61,339 nt of DNA, taken from Alphaproteobacteria bacterium. GTDB lineage: Bacteria; Pseudomonadota; Alphaproteobacteria; Micavibrionales; CSBR16-224. A program made the position numbers and the translations under genes. The notes under the pieces were generated by a model, which searched no databases, had not been told where the DNA came from, and was given only the letters and a program-made list of their open reading frames with translations. Shown here one piece after another: positions 9,109 through 18,119 of the stretch (the stretch's first letter is position 1; each line of letters begins with the position of its first letter). The stretch spans positions 1-61,339 of the forward strand of contig JAJFGX010000071.1 in NCBI GenBank assembly GCA_021775895.1, written 5' to 3'.

Positions 9109-12021
9109 ATGTTTCAATTTCGTTTGCCTGCCTTAATTATATGTATTGTTGCTTATTTTACTTTCTTTACAGATGCTGTATCTGCGGAAGTAATAACTAT
9201 AAAATCCTCACACTCTCATCATAGAAATCTACAATTTGAGGAATTTCGTGGACTACCAAGACTTGGTTATCAAGATACATCTGGTTTATCACGTCTTAAT
9301 GAACAAAACATTATTCGCCAAGGCAGAATAAATAAAAACAAAGCGTTGGCAGATAAAGTAGGAAAAAGGCTTGAGAAGCACAATTATTCAATAGCTCTGC
9401 TAGCACGATTAGCATTTATAAACCAACACCCAGAATGTTTTAAAAATATGGATGGTTATGAAGTTCGTACCGAAAACTGTGAAGGTCTTGTGATTGAACA
9501 CTCCCAGCAGAAAAATTTTTGGAACAAGTATATTGAGACTATGGCGCTATCTTTGACACCAGCACAACATATAAAAGCTTTTTGTTTTAATGGAACATTA
9601 TGTTTTAGGACACAAGTTAACAGAATCACTAAGTCAGATGCAAATGGCAGAAGTGTAGAGCTTAATGAATTTGAAAGGCGTGATTTTGTAAGTGGATTAA
9701 TAAAGGGCTATTACTATGATTTTGAAAAGTGTTTGAAAAATATATCCTTTCATAAAGATGCTTATATGGTGAGTGTGGTTAGGCTTGGTGATTATGATTT
9801 TGATCAAAATAAATTTCACTTTAAGATGAGCTTACCAGTTAGCTTAAAGTCACAAAATAATTTAGGTGTTAGTTTTAACAATACATTAAATTCAAGAAAC
9901 TTATCAGTAACAGGAACTTACACTCCAACCCTTGGTTTTGAAAAGAAAATAACTCATATACCTTCCGAAAGGATAAGAAGTCTGAACATTGATTTACCAA
10001 TGGATGCATCTAAAGCACGCAAAATTGTACAAAATAATAATTTAGCAGGACAAGTGTATGCTGTTACTCGTGTCGTATTTTTAGATAAAAAAGTAGATAA
10101 GACTTATCAACTATTTGATAAAATGTCTAATCCAGATTATTTATATCATTTTGCTGAAAATAAAGTGGAGTTATTCAAAGACCAAGCTTTAACTCAGAAA
10201 ATTGCTGAAATACCGCTTGTGCAATATTCAGAAAGCAAGGCTATTGAAAAGAATCATGCAGATAAATATATATTTAATAAAAATAGCAGGTTTCTTGACT
10301 ACCTTACGTTTTCTCTTTTTCGATATAAAAAAGGTGATTTACTATCGGAAGATATAGATAAAGTGGCATATGGTATTCAGATGCTAGAAAAAAAGTTCTG
10401 GATTGAACACAAAGAACGTATGGGGTTAGTAAATAAGCTTGTAGAATCAGGAGGATCAAAAGAGGCTCAAGAACGGTACAAAAATAATAAGAAACGTGCC
10501 CTTGATAGGGCAAAAATCTCTAATTTTAGTTGGCAAGATATAGGCAAATTATCGACAGAGCAGAAACAAGCTTTTTATAATTATATGCTTGGGTTTGATT
10601 TTGTTCAAAATAATGAAATTGTATGGCCAGATATTTTACCATCTGTACCTTGGGGGATGAACTTGGCGACAGTATTTAGAAAGGGCTATTTCTCTGATAA
10701 AAAAGAAGATATGAATGTGCCTGCGGATAATAATACTAAGGTTCAATTACAAAAGTTTTTACACGATATTGCTAATTCACAAACGTTGAATGATCTTGTT
10801 TTACTCCATAAAGTTAAGAATATATCGTATAATAAAGAAAGTAAAATGCTTGTAATAAATCAAAAAAGTTGGCCATTTCAAGAAGAAAGTCATATTGAGT
10901 TTACCAATGGTAAAGAAAAACAATACAAAGGTAGAATAGAACCGCTAGTAAGCCCTAAAGCAAAGAATAGAGCAATATATCGCCTAAGATCAAGCGATGG
11001 CAATATTGGGGAATATACTCCTAACTTACAATACAGATACTGCAATAATAACCAGAACACAAAATCAAAAGACTGTAGAACAGCGCCAAGTACTTTTTCA
11101 CAATTGACTGTTAACAAAGCATACTTGGCTCTTGATAGAGAAATTTCTTTAAAACAAATTCCAATGTCAGTTAAAGATGGAACAAAGCTTGTAGATAACA
11201 GTTACTATAACGACTTGAAACTTGTAGTAGAGTTAATTAATCCTAATATGGATGTTATTCAATTTAATTATAAAGAAGCTAAAACACATAAAAACCTTAA
11301 AGGGGAGTCGCAGACTCTTTTTGCCAATGTAAAACGTGTCCTTCTACTCGCTCCTGATGATAGTATCTTGTGGTCTGAGGATGGGATAAATTTATCAAAA
11401 CCAACTCAAAAGAAAATTTCATTGGCCAGAGAACCTAAAAAAGAGCCCTTACCTAATATATCTGCTAAAACCCAAAAGAATACTACGCAACAGAAAAATG
11501 AGGCACTTGAACTTAAAAAGCAAAATAAACAATGCCTTAATAAGTATAAGCAAGAAACTAAGTTGTTTGAAAAATGTAAAGAGTTACGTGCAAATCTTGT
11601 AAAAGCGAAAGCTGAGTTGAAACAGGAAGAAGAAAAAAAGTGTAAATCTACAATAAGTGATAGGGCTAAGCTACTTTGTAAAATTACAAATGAGACACCA
11701 TTAAATAAAATGTCAGAAGTTATGAGTGCTTGTATTGAAGCATCATGTGGCACAAACCCTGCAACTGTTGGAGAAGTTGCGGAATTTCAAAAGTGCATAA
11801 AAAGCACCTCAGAAAATATGAAAAGACAGATGAGTGAAATGATGGGGCTGCATGTTGGAAAAAAGAAAATAAGCTCTGATAATGGGTACCAACCTCCTAA
11901 CATTTGTAAAGTAAAACGCTTTGAAGTTAAAAGCTATCAATCAAAAATGGAAACTAATAAATGTAATCTGTATATTGAAAGCCCAAAGCAAAGCAATTGT
12001 AACGTAATATCTAATAATTAG
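9109..12021 (+). CDS. Large secreted hypothetical protein (970 aa), K/N-rich, with a Cys-containing coiled-coil-like C-terminus
   Basis: Signal peptide 'MFQFRLPALIICIVAYFTFFTDAVSAEV'. I see no recognisable domain. It is flanked by long AT-rich spacers, and its composition is very K/N/I-rich. Confidence 0.8.
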   Translation: MFQFRLPALIICIVAYFTFFTDAVSAEVITIKSSHSHHRNLQFEEFRGLPRLGYQDTSGLSRLNEQNIIRQGRINKNKALADKVGKRLEKHNYSIALLARLAFINQHPECFKNMDGYEVRTENCEGLVIEHSQQKNFWNKYIETMALSLTPAQHIKAFCFNGTLCFRTQVNRITKSDANGRSVELNEFERRDFVSGLIKGYYYDFEKCLKNISFHKDAYMVSVVRLGDYDFDQNKFHFKMSLPVSLKSQNNLGVSFNNTLNSRNLSVTGTYTPTLGFEKKITHIPSERIRSLNIDLPMDASKARKIVQNNNLAGQVYAVTRVVFLDKKVDKTYQLFDKMSNPDYLYHFAENKVELFKDQALTQKIAEIPLVQYSESKAIEKNHADKYIFNKNSRFLDYLTFSLFRYKKGDLLSEDIDKVAYGIQMLEKKFWIEHKERMGLVNKLVESGGSKEAQERYKNNKKRALDRAKISNFSWQDIGKLSTEQKQAFYNYMLGFDFVQNNEIVWPDILPSVPWGMNLATVFRKGYFSDKKEDMNVPADNNTKVQLQKFLHDIANSQTLNDLVLLHKVKNISYNKESKMLVINQKSWPFQEESHIEFTNGKEKQYKGRIEPLVSPKAKNRAIYRLRSSDGNIGEYTPNLQYRYCNNNQNTKSKDCRTAPSTFSQLTVNKAYLALDREISLKQIPMSVKDGTKLVDNSYYNDLKLVVELINPNMDVIQFNYKEAKTHKNLKGESQTLFANVKRVLLLAPDDSILWSEDGINLSKPTQKKISLAREPKKEPLPNISAKTQKNTTQQKNEALELKKQNKQCLNKYKQETKLFEKCKELRANLVKAKAELKQEEEKKCKSTISDRAKLLCKITNETPLNKMSEVMSACIEASCGTNPATVGEVAEFQKCIKSTSENMKRQMSEMMGLHVGKKKISSDNGYQPPNICKVKRFEVKSYQSKMETNKCNLYIESPKQSNCNVISNN

Positions 12022-12151
12022 ATTTCTAAATACATTGAAATAGCAAACATAGCTGTTGTCAATAAGATATTTCCATGTGGAGTAGACTATTAGTTTTGTC
12101 AGGTTAAATTATATTTTTTCTAAAAAATAAAAAAGAAGAGGTGCCACTACC

Positions 12152-12234
12152 ACCAAGAGCTAGGAAATTTGTACAGGGTAAAATTTCAACATAAGCGATT
12201 TAAGAGAACTGTTCGATTTAGTCTGACATCATCG
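12152..12234 (+). repeat. Dispersed intergenic repeat, copy E (full length)
   Basis: Sequence 'ACCAAGAGCTAGGAAATTTGTACAGGGTAAAATTTCAACATAAGCGATTTAAGAGAACTGTTCGATTTAGTCTGACATCATC'. Confidence 0.8.
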
Positions 12235-12377
12235 TTGATAGCTCGCAAACAATTTTTTTATGGGTTTAAAATATTTTATTATTAGGAAATATAAAAAAAG
12301 ATTGCTTTTTATTAATAAGGCGTTAGATTACCAAACTTAATCAAGAATCTTTAATATCTACTGAGAAATATATTGTT

Positions 12378-13874
12378 ATGCCACCTTTGCCATCTTCATT
12401 GTTAAATATTAAGCGAGACTGGCTTGGTAATATCCGTAATGATATACTTGCTGGTATTGTTGTTGCTCTTGCATTGATTCCTGAAGCGATTGCTTTTTCA
12501 ATTATTGCAGGAGTCGATCCAAAAGTTGGTCTATACGCATCATTTTGCATTGCTATTATTATTACATTTGTTGGCGGTCGTTCTGGTATGATTTCCGCTG
12601 CAACAGGGGCAATGGCATTAGTAATGGTTACCTTGGTAAAAGAACATGGGCTTGAATACTTGTTTGCTGCAACTATTTTAACAGGTATATTACAAATTAT
12701 TGCGGGATATTTTCAGCTCGGTTCTTTAATACGTTTTGTTTCTAAATCCGTGGTTACGGGGTTTGTAAATGCCCTAGCTATCCTTATTTTCATGGCTCAA
12801 CTTCCAGAGTTTAATCAGGCAGGAATCCAGATGTACGGTATGGTTGCTCTTGGTCTTGCTATTATTTATATTCTGCCACGCTTTACAAAAGCAATACCAT
12901 CACCGTTAATTTGTATCATTGTTATAACTATATTGAGTGTTGTTATTAATATGGATTTACGTACGGTTGGTGATATGGGAGAGCTGCCATCAACTTTGCC
13001 AATATTCTTATTCCCAGATGTTCCACTTAATTTGGAAACATTGATGATTATTTTCCCCTATGCTGTAACTCTTGCTGCTGTAGGACTATTAGAATCATTG
13101 ATGACTGCAACAATTGTTGATGATCTAACAGATACAAAAAGCAATAAAAATAAAGAGTGCAGAGGTCAAGGCATTGCAAATATTGTCTCTGGTTTCTTTG
13201 GTGGCATGGCTGGCTGTGCGATGATTGGGCAATCTGTAATTAATATTAAATCTGGTGGGCGTGGTCGCTTATCTACTCTTACTGCGGGGTTGTTTTTATT
13301 GTTCTTGCTTATGGTTGCCGAAGAATGGCTTAAACAAATCCCTATGGCGGCTCTTGTTGCTGTGATGATTATGGTATCTATTGGGACATTTAGCTGGTCA
13401 TCTATAAAAAACATACGAACACACCCAAAAAGTTCAACTCTTGTAATGTTAACAACCGTCATAATTGTTGTGATAACTCATAATTTAGCATTAGGTGTTT
13501 TTGTTGGTGTGTTAATGAGCGCTCTTTTCTTTGCACGCAAGGTATCGCAACTATTAGTCGTAAAACCATCACTCTCCGAAGATAAAAATACTTGTACTTA
13601 TAAAGTTTATGGGCAAATATTTTTTGCTTCTGCAAGTACGTTTCCTGACTTTTTCAATTTCAAAGATGTTGTTGAAAATGTTACCATAGATGTTACTAAT
13701 GCTCATTTTTGGGATTTATCTTCGGTTGATGCTCTTGATAAAGTCGTATTAAAGTTTCGTTCTGAAGGAACAACTGTTAATCTTATTGGAATGAATAAAG
13801 CAAGTGCAACTATTGTTGATAAGCTTGCAGTACATGACAAACCGAACGCTCTTAATCTTATGCCTAAACATTAA
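12378..13874 (+). CDS. SulP-family anion (sulfate/bicarbonate) transporter with a C-terminal STAS domain
   Basis: 498 aa. '[25 protein letters not shown]' is the typical SulP N-terminus. The core is polytopic, and a soluble STAS-like tail starts near '[12 protein letters not shown]'. Confidence 0.85.
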   Translation: MPPLPSSLLNIKRDWLGNIRNDILAGIVVALALIPEAIAFSIIAGVDPKVGLYASFCIAIIITFVGGRSGMISAATGAMALVMVTLVKEHGLEYLFAATILTGILQIIAGYFQLGSLIRFVSKSVVTGFVNALAILIFMAQLPEFNQAGIQMYGMVALGLAIIYILPRFTKAIPSPLICIIVITILSVVINMDLRTVGDMGELPSTLPIFLFPDVPLNLETLMIIFPYAVTLAAVGLLESLMTATIVDDLTDTKSNKNKECRGQGIANIVSGFFGGMAGCAMIGQSVINIKSGGRGRLSTLTAGLFLLFLLMVAEEWLKQIPMAALVAVMIMVSIGTFSWSSIKNIRTHPKSSTLVMLTTVIIVVITHNLALGVFVGVLMSALFFARKVSQLLVVKPSLSEDKNTCTYKVYGQIFFASASTFPDFFNFKDVVENVTIDVTNAHFWDLSSVDALDKVVLKFRSEGTTVNLIGMNKASATIVDKLAVHDKPNALNLMPKH

Positions 13875-13888
13875 AAGGATGTTACCAA

Positions 13889-14743
13889 ATGAATAAATTA
13901 TTAGTCTGTATCGATGGATCATCTTATGCTGACAATCTTTGTAGTTACGCTGCTTGGGCTGCAAAACGCATGAATGTGGATATTAATCTTTTACACGTTC
14001 TCAGGCGTCATTCTGATTATCAAGCATCATCTAATGATCATACAGGAACAATAGGGGTTGGTTCTAGGACAAAGCTACTTGAGGCACTAACAGAAGTAGA
14101 TGAAGAACGTGGTCGTCTTGATCAAAAAAAAGGTAAAATTATTCTTGAGCATGGGGAGGAAACCTTAAAAGATTCTGGCATTGAGAATGTTAATATTATT
14201 CACAAACGCGGTGCCCTTGTTGAGATTATTCGGGGGCTGGAAAGTGATGCTGAGATAATTTTTATGGGTAAACGTGGTGAACATGCTGATGTTGTATCAG
14301 AGTTTCTTGGTGCTAATTTAGAAAAGGTTGCAAGAAGCATTGCGAAACCGCTTTTTGTCGTGTCATCTATCGTGCGACCTATTGAACGATTTTTAATCGC
14401 TTATGATGGCAAAGAAAGTTCTTCTAAAGCAATTGATTACATTACAAAGAATCCTCTTTTACTAAAAGGGCTAGAGTGTCATTTATTTGCCTCACAAAGT
14501 ATCAAAGCAAGTATTGATATATCTCACGCTAAACAAGAACTAGAAGCTGCTGGCTTTAAGGTTGTTTTTAAGGCAGGTGATGCTTTAAATATTAACGAAG
14601 GAATTGCATCATATGTAGTTGATAATGAAATTGATCTTCTGGTAATGGGAGCATATAGTCATTCACGCATGCGTAACTTGCTACTTGGTAGCACAACTAC
14701 AGCACTAATAAAAACGTGCAAGATTCCTTTGTTACTATTTTAA
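13889..14743 (+). CDS. Tandem universal stress protein (UspA/UspE-like)
   Basis: Two Usp domains. The C-terminal motif 'LLVMGAYSHSRMRNLLLGSTT' has the G-x2-G-x9-G(S/T) pattern. It lies 14 nt after the SulP gene. Confidence 0.85.
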   Translation: MNKLLVCIDGSSYADNLCSYAAWAAKRMNVDINLLHVLRRHSDYQASSNDHTGTIGVGSRTKLLEALTEVDEERGRLDQKKGKIILEHGEETLKDSGIENVNIIHKRGALVEIIRGLESDAEIIFMGKRGEHADVVSEFLGANLEKVARSIAKPLFVVSSIVRPIERFLIAYDGKESSSKAIDYITKNPLLLKGLECHLFASQSIKASIDISHAKQELEAAGFKVVFKAGDALNINEGIASYVVDNEIDLLVMGAYSHSRMRNLLLGSTTTALIKTCKIPLLLF

Positions 14744-14873
14744 CATTAAGCTAATCTGAGAAGACCGTTGAGGTAAACCATGTTTTTTTTAAATATCTTT
14801 CATGTTAAATGGCACATTGATATTATCATTATAGAAATTTGTTTCTATCTACTCCACTTTACTTAACCATTTC

Positions 14874-14955
14874 AACCAGTGGCAAAAGACTTGTATGGAA
14901 TAAAATTGCATTATTAGCAATTTAAGAGAATAGTTCGATTTAGTCTGACATCACT
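14874..14955 (+). repeat. Dispersed intergenic repeat, copy F (full length)
   Basis: Sequence 'ACCAGTGGCAAAAGACTTGTATGGAATAAAATTGCATTATTAGCAATTTAAGAGAATAGTTCGATTTAGTCTGACATCAC'. It contains a perfect hairpin AAATTGC-N7-GCAATTT (14903-14923). Confidence 0.8.
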
Positions 14956-14966
14956 GAAGAAACTAC

Positions 14967-15524
14967 CTATTTGAATTTATACTCTCTACAAATTTGTTGA
15001 ATATCTGTTTCGGATAGAGGCTCTTGCGTCAACCCACATTGGAATCCCCCTTTTTCAAGGATTTTATTAAAATAGCATGACTTACATTGCCCAAAGCCCT
15101 TTAAATCATTTTGTTCCTGCCACTTATATAGTATTGTTTTAATATTCCCTACAATATCACCCACTTCAGATAAATCAGGTGTTGAGCTTTCATTCATACG
15201 CTTTATACATTCTTTACCGTCTTTAGTTAAAAAAATTTGATATGATCTTTTATCATTAGAGTTAGGTTCACGTTTTATATGTCCTACTTTCTCAATGAAT
15301 TTTAAACTTTGTGATATGCTGCTTTTAGTCTGTCCCAAGTATTCACTTATCCCCTGTGCGGTGTTTGAATACTTATTACATATTGAAAGATATTGCAAAA
15401 TTTCTAAGTGAACCAGCTGAACTCCTTCAATTGCAGCAGATTTTCTTATTTGACTCTTGTGAAGGGCTGACAAACGCTCCAGCCATATAATTATATCATC
15501 ATTCATTTTTATATAGTATCGCAT
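14967..15524 (-). CDS. MarR-family transcriptional regulator with a Cys-containing C-terminal extension
   Basis: The winged-helix core 'QGISEYLGQTKSSISQSLKFIEKVGHIKREPNSNDKRSYQIFLTKDG' is a classic MarR pattern. The extra ~50 aa carry C-x2-C-like cysteines. Confidence 0.8.
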   Translation of the reverse strand: MRYYIKMNDDIIIWLERLSALHKSQIRKSAAIEGVQLVHLEILQYLSICNKYSNTAQGISEYLGQTKSSISQSLKFIEKVGHIKREPNSNDKRSYQIFLTKDGKECIKRMNESSTPDLSEVGDIVGNIKTILYKWQEQNDLKGFGQCKSCYFNKILEKGGFQCGLTQEPLSETDIQQICREYKFK

Positions 15525-15534
15525 CTAAACTAAC

Positions 15535-15562
15535 TTGACAATGATTAAAGATATGTTATATT
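15535..15562 (+). promoter_or_regulatory. Sigma70-like promoter for the AhpD-like gene
   Basis: TTGACA (15535-15540), a 16-nt spacer, then TATATT (15557-15562). Confidence 0.5.
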
Positions 15563-15568
15563 GTGAAT

Positions 15569-15589
15569 ATAGTTTAGATACTAAACTAT
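15569..15589. promoter_or_regulatory. Perfect 9-3-9 palindrome, probable MarR operator
   Basis: ATAGTTTAG-ATA-CTAAACTAT sits immediately downstream of the -10 element, between the divergent MarR and AhpD-like genes. Confidence 0.55.
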
Positions 15590-15625
15590 ATTACTTTAAC
15601 TTAAATACATGAAAAGGAGAAAATC

Positions 15626-16171
15626 ATGTCGAATCTACCCCTACAAAACCCTGAGAATACATCAGGTGATCACAAAGCATTATTTGATCAAATTAATGGT
15701 GCTTTTGGTGTTATACCTAATATGTTTAAAACAATAGGTAATTCTTCAGCCGCACTTGAAAGCATGTGGACATCATTCGGTGCGCTTAGCAAAGGTATGC
15801 TTGGTGCCCAACTTGGTGAACAAATAGCCGTCTTGGTTGCAGACATTAACCGTTGCGAATATTGCTTAGCTGCGCATATGATGCTTGGGCAAAATGCTGG
15901 TGTAAGTGCCGAAGATATGGCTGCCGCACAAGCGGGAAATTCTTCTGACCCTAAAACACAAGCTGCTTTAGATTTTTCAACGAAATTGGTTAAAAATCGT
16001 GCTAACATCACAAAAGCTGATGTTGATGCTGTCCGTGATGCTGGTTTTAGTGATGCAGAAATTGCCGAAATCCTTGCACATGTTGCACTGAATATATTCA
16101 CTAATTATACGAATGTAGCATTTGATGTTGAGCTAGATTTTCCAAAAGTTGATCTACGTCAGGCTGCTTAA
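15626..16171 (+). CDS. Carboxymuconolactone decarboxylase / AhpD-like alkylhydroperoxidase family protein
   Basis: CxxC motif 'NRCEYCLAAH', 181 aa, with RBS AAGGAGA upstream. Confidence 0.8.
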   Translation: MSNLPLQNPENTSGDHKALFDQINGAFGVIPNMFKTIGNSSAALESMWTSFGALSKGMLGAQLGEQIAVLVADINRCEYCLAAHMMLGQNAGVSAEDMAAAQAGNSSDPKTQAALDFSTKLVKNRANITKADVDAVRDAGFSDAEIAEILAHVALNIFTNYTNVAFDVELDFPKVDLRQAA

Positions 16172-16182
16172 TATAAACCACA

Positions 16183-16214
16183 GAGAGGGTGCTATAAAAC
16201 ACCCTCTCATTTTT
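16183..16214 (+). terminator. Rho-independent terminator
   Basis: GAGAGGGTG-(8 nt loop)-CACCCTCTC followed by ATTTTT. Confidence 0.8.
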
Positions 16215-16234
16215 ACTGAATAGGAGATATAGCA

Positions 16235-16513
16235 ATGCAAATAGATGTTTATGATTCATATGCTCAATCAAGGAAAGGCCATATTATGCACTTCGATGTA
16301 TTCGTTGAAAAAGGAACATCAAAAGATAAAGCTTTTGAATATGGTTGCCTCTGGCTAAAAGAAATTGATGAAAACGTTGATGGATTTGAGCAGTCACGAT
16401 GCAATTACTGCCATACAGAGCTGTCTAATCCAGATGTAAACGACTTAATTCATAAGAACGGTTACTATATTCTACAAATGGAAGGGTGTCCAAAACCTAT
16501 TAACTCAAAGTGA
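16235..16513 (+). CDS. Small conserved hypothetical protein (possibly DUF2024-like)
   Basis: 92 aa, 'VYDSYAQSRKGHIMHFDVFV', with a C-terminal CxxC ('CNYCH'). The family name is recalled from memory only. Confidence 0.55.
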   Translation: MQIDVYDSYAQSRKGHIMHFDVFVEKGTSKDKAFEYGCLWLKEIDENVDGFEQSRCNYCHTELSNPDVNDLIHKNGYYILQMEGCPKPINSK

Positions 16514-16526
16514 AAGGAAAGAAACT

Positions 16527-17279
16527 ATGAAATTTAAAAATAAAATACTAACTATGGGAGCAACCTTGCTACTTTCGATTTCGTTTAGTGGACACACCTA
16601 TGCGGAAGCAAGGCTAGGAGAAATTAAGGCTGAAGCTGGAAATGCTAAAATGGCTAACTTTGATATTGTTAATGCCAAAGTCACTGCAAGTGATAACTGG
16701 CTAACATTTCAGATGAATGTTAGTGGCAAAGCTGGAAAAACAACGCCAACGCCAACAGGTAAGCTTGAAGGCAGTGACGTTTTTTCCTATGTATGGCCCA
16801 CCAAAATTGATAGTTCACAAGTTGGTTTTGATAAAGAGCAAGGCATACTTGCCATGGCTATTACCTCGCACCCTGACTTTGATGATACCCCACTCTTTGA
16901 TGAAAATGGAGATGGTGATCTTGGCAATGATGGAACAGTTTGGCATTCACACTGGGTTGTGCTTGTACCTGACAATGCTTGCGGAGATGGCGCTCTAAAA
17001 GTTAAAGATATCCCAAAAGGGGTTAACCCAAAACTTCCAGCTACATGGCCAGGATTGCCAATTCTAATCGATAGTCCGGGATATTCACCTGTGATTGATG
17101 GTCAGAAGGTTCAAGTTCGCGTTCCATTCAGAAACGCAAAAGAGCTAAAAAATGTTGCCTTTGATGCTGTCACATCAGGTCTTCGTGTAAATGAAAGTGC
17201 GCATGCACCGCTTCTTTGTATTGTTGACGTATTTGATGTTGCCTCTGGTGACCTTTCTCTTCCAGGTAAAGTAAAATAA
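16527..17279 (+). CDS. Secreted hypothetical protein
   Basis: 250 aa with signal peptide 'LLLSISFSGHTYAEA'. RBS GGAAAGAAAC lies upstream. No domain recognised. Confidence 0.7.
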   Translation: MKFKNKILTMGATLLLSISFSGHTYAEARLGEIKAEAGNAKMANFDIVNAKVTASDNWLTFQMNVSGKAGKTTPTPTGKLEGSDVFSYVWPTKIDSSQVGFDKEQGILAMAITSHPDFDDTPLFDENGDGDLGNDGTVWHSHWVVLVPDNACGDGALKVKDIPKGVNPKLPATWPGLPILIDSPGYSPVIDGQKVQVRVPFRNAKELKNVAFDAVTSGLRVNESAHAPLLCIVDVFDVASGDLSLPGKVK

Positions 17280-17292
17280 CTATGCCCAACAA

Positions 17293-17322
17293 GGCCTGTC
17301 TGAATTTATTTATGGGCAGGCC
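17293..17322. terminator. Possible bidirectional terminator between convergent transcription units
   Basis: GGCCTGTC-(14 nt)-GGCAGGCC forms an 8-bp stem with one G-U pair. Weak U-rich tracts lie on both sides. Confidence 0.35.
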
Positions 17323-17397
17323 ATATGTGGGTTTTTCATTTAGCTTACAGCAATCAAGCGATAACGATATACAACGCTATGAAAAAATAGATTTAAA

Positions 17398-18105
17398 CTA
17401 TGCTTCATTTGTAGAAATAAGCCGTCCATCTTTATCAGCAATGCGTACTTCGTCACGGGGAGTGAGAGCATTACTGGGCCAACGAGCCTCCAGTAAACGA
17501 TCTTTTTTTAAGCGTGCTATAGAAACACTATTAGATTGATTGCCGCCAATAATTTGATAACATGTATCATCTTCAGCCCAATAAAAGCCTACATGACCTT
17601 GCCAGCCATCGGGTTCTCCACGCCAAAAAACCATAATTGACCCTAGTTGTGGTATGTCACACTCTTCACCGAATTTACGCCAATTTCTAGCACCAAGAGG
17701 ATTAGTTGGTAATGGTTCTTCTGATAATTGAGATCCAATACAATGAGCAGTAAATAACCCACACCACGGAGTTTCATCATCAGAATAATCAATACGAAGA
17801 GCTTTACCCCAGCCAATAATAGCCTCATTCGATCCGGCACCCGGATCTTCTTGAGTGCCAATAAGTTGATATGCTTCAGCAAGCCAAGGCATATATAGTG
17901 GTACTGCCTTATCTGTATGTGGTACATCTTTAGCAAATAAAGCTGACAAAGTTATAGGGCCAACAATACCATCTATTACAAGACTATTATCTTTTTGGAA
18001 TTCTTTAATAGCAGCAATAGTTTTACGCCCCATAATGTTGTCAACGGGGCCTGGATTATAACCTTTTTCTTTTAAAGCAAGCTGGATATCTTCAACAGAT
18101 GCCAT
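17398..18105 (-). CDS. Giant-operon gene 7: leaderless peptidoglycan-binding domain + NlpC/P60-superfamily (TIGR02594-like) cell-wall hydrolase
   Basis: The N-terminal PG_binding_1 pattern is 'LKEKGYNPGPVDNIMGRKTIAAIKEFQKDNSLVIDGIVGPITLSAL'. The C-terminal domain has the candidate nucleophile 'TPWCGLF' (Cys115), 'GHVGFY' (His171) and 'IIGGNQSNSV'. AGGAGG lies 8 nt before the ATG. There is no signal peptide. Confidence 0.85.
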   Translation of the reverse strand: MASVEDIQLALKEKGYNPGPVDNIMGRKTIAAIKEFQKDNSLVIDGIVGPITLSALFAKDVPHTDKAVPLYMPWLAEAYQLIGTQEDPGAGSNEAIIGWGKALRIDYSDDETPWCGLFTAHCIGSQLSEEPLPTNPLGARNWRKFGEECDIPQLGSIMVFWRGEPDGWQGHVGFYWAEDDTCYQIIGGNQSNSVSIARLKKDRLLEARWPSNALTPRDEVRIADKDGRLISTNEA

Positions 18106-18119
18106 ATTTTCCTCCTATA

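Noticed and set aside
668-14955. The oriented intergenic repeats considered as integron attC sites, with the region as a cassette array.
   Set aside because: There is no intI gene or attI in the window. The repeats lack the R''/L''-L'/R' imperfect palindrome and the GTTRRRY core. The 'cassettes' hold up to three genes on both strands and reach ~4 kb, unlike integron cassettes.
15688-16101. A 137-aa minus-strand ORF inside the AhpD-like gene.
   Set aside because: It is antisense to a CDS with a clear family motif (CxxC) and RBS, and its own translation is Ala/Ser-rich low complexity.
17282-17539. An 85-aa plus-strand ORF downstream of 16527..17279.
   Set aside because: It spans the putative terminator hairpin and runs antisense into the 3' end of the hydrolase gene. 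No SD is present.
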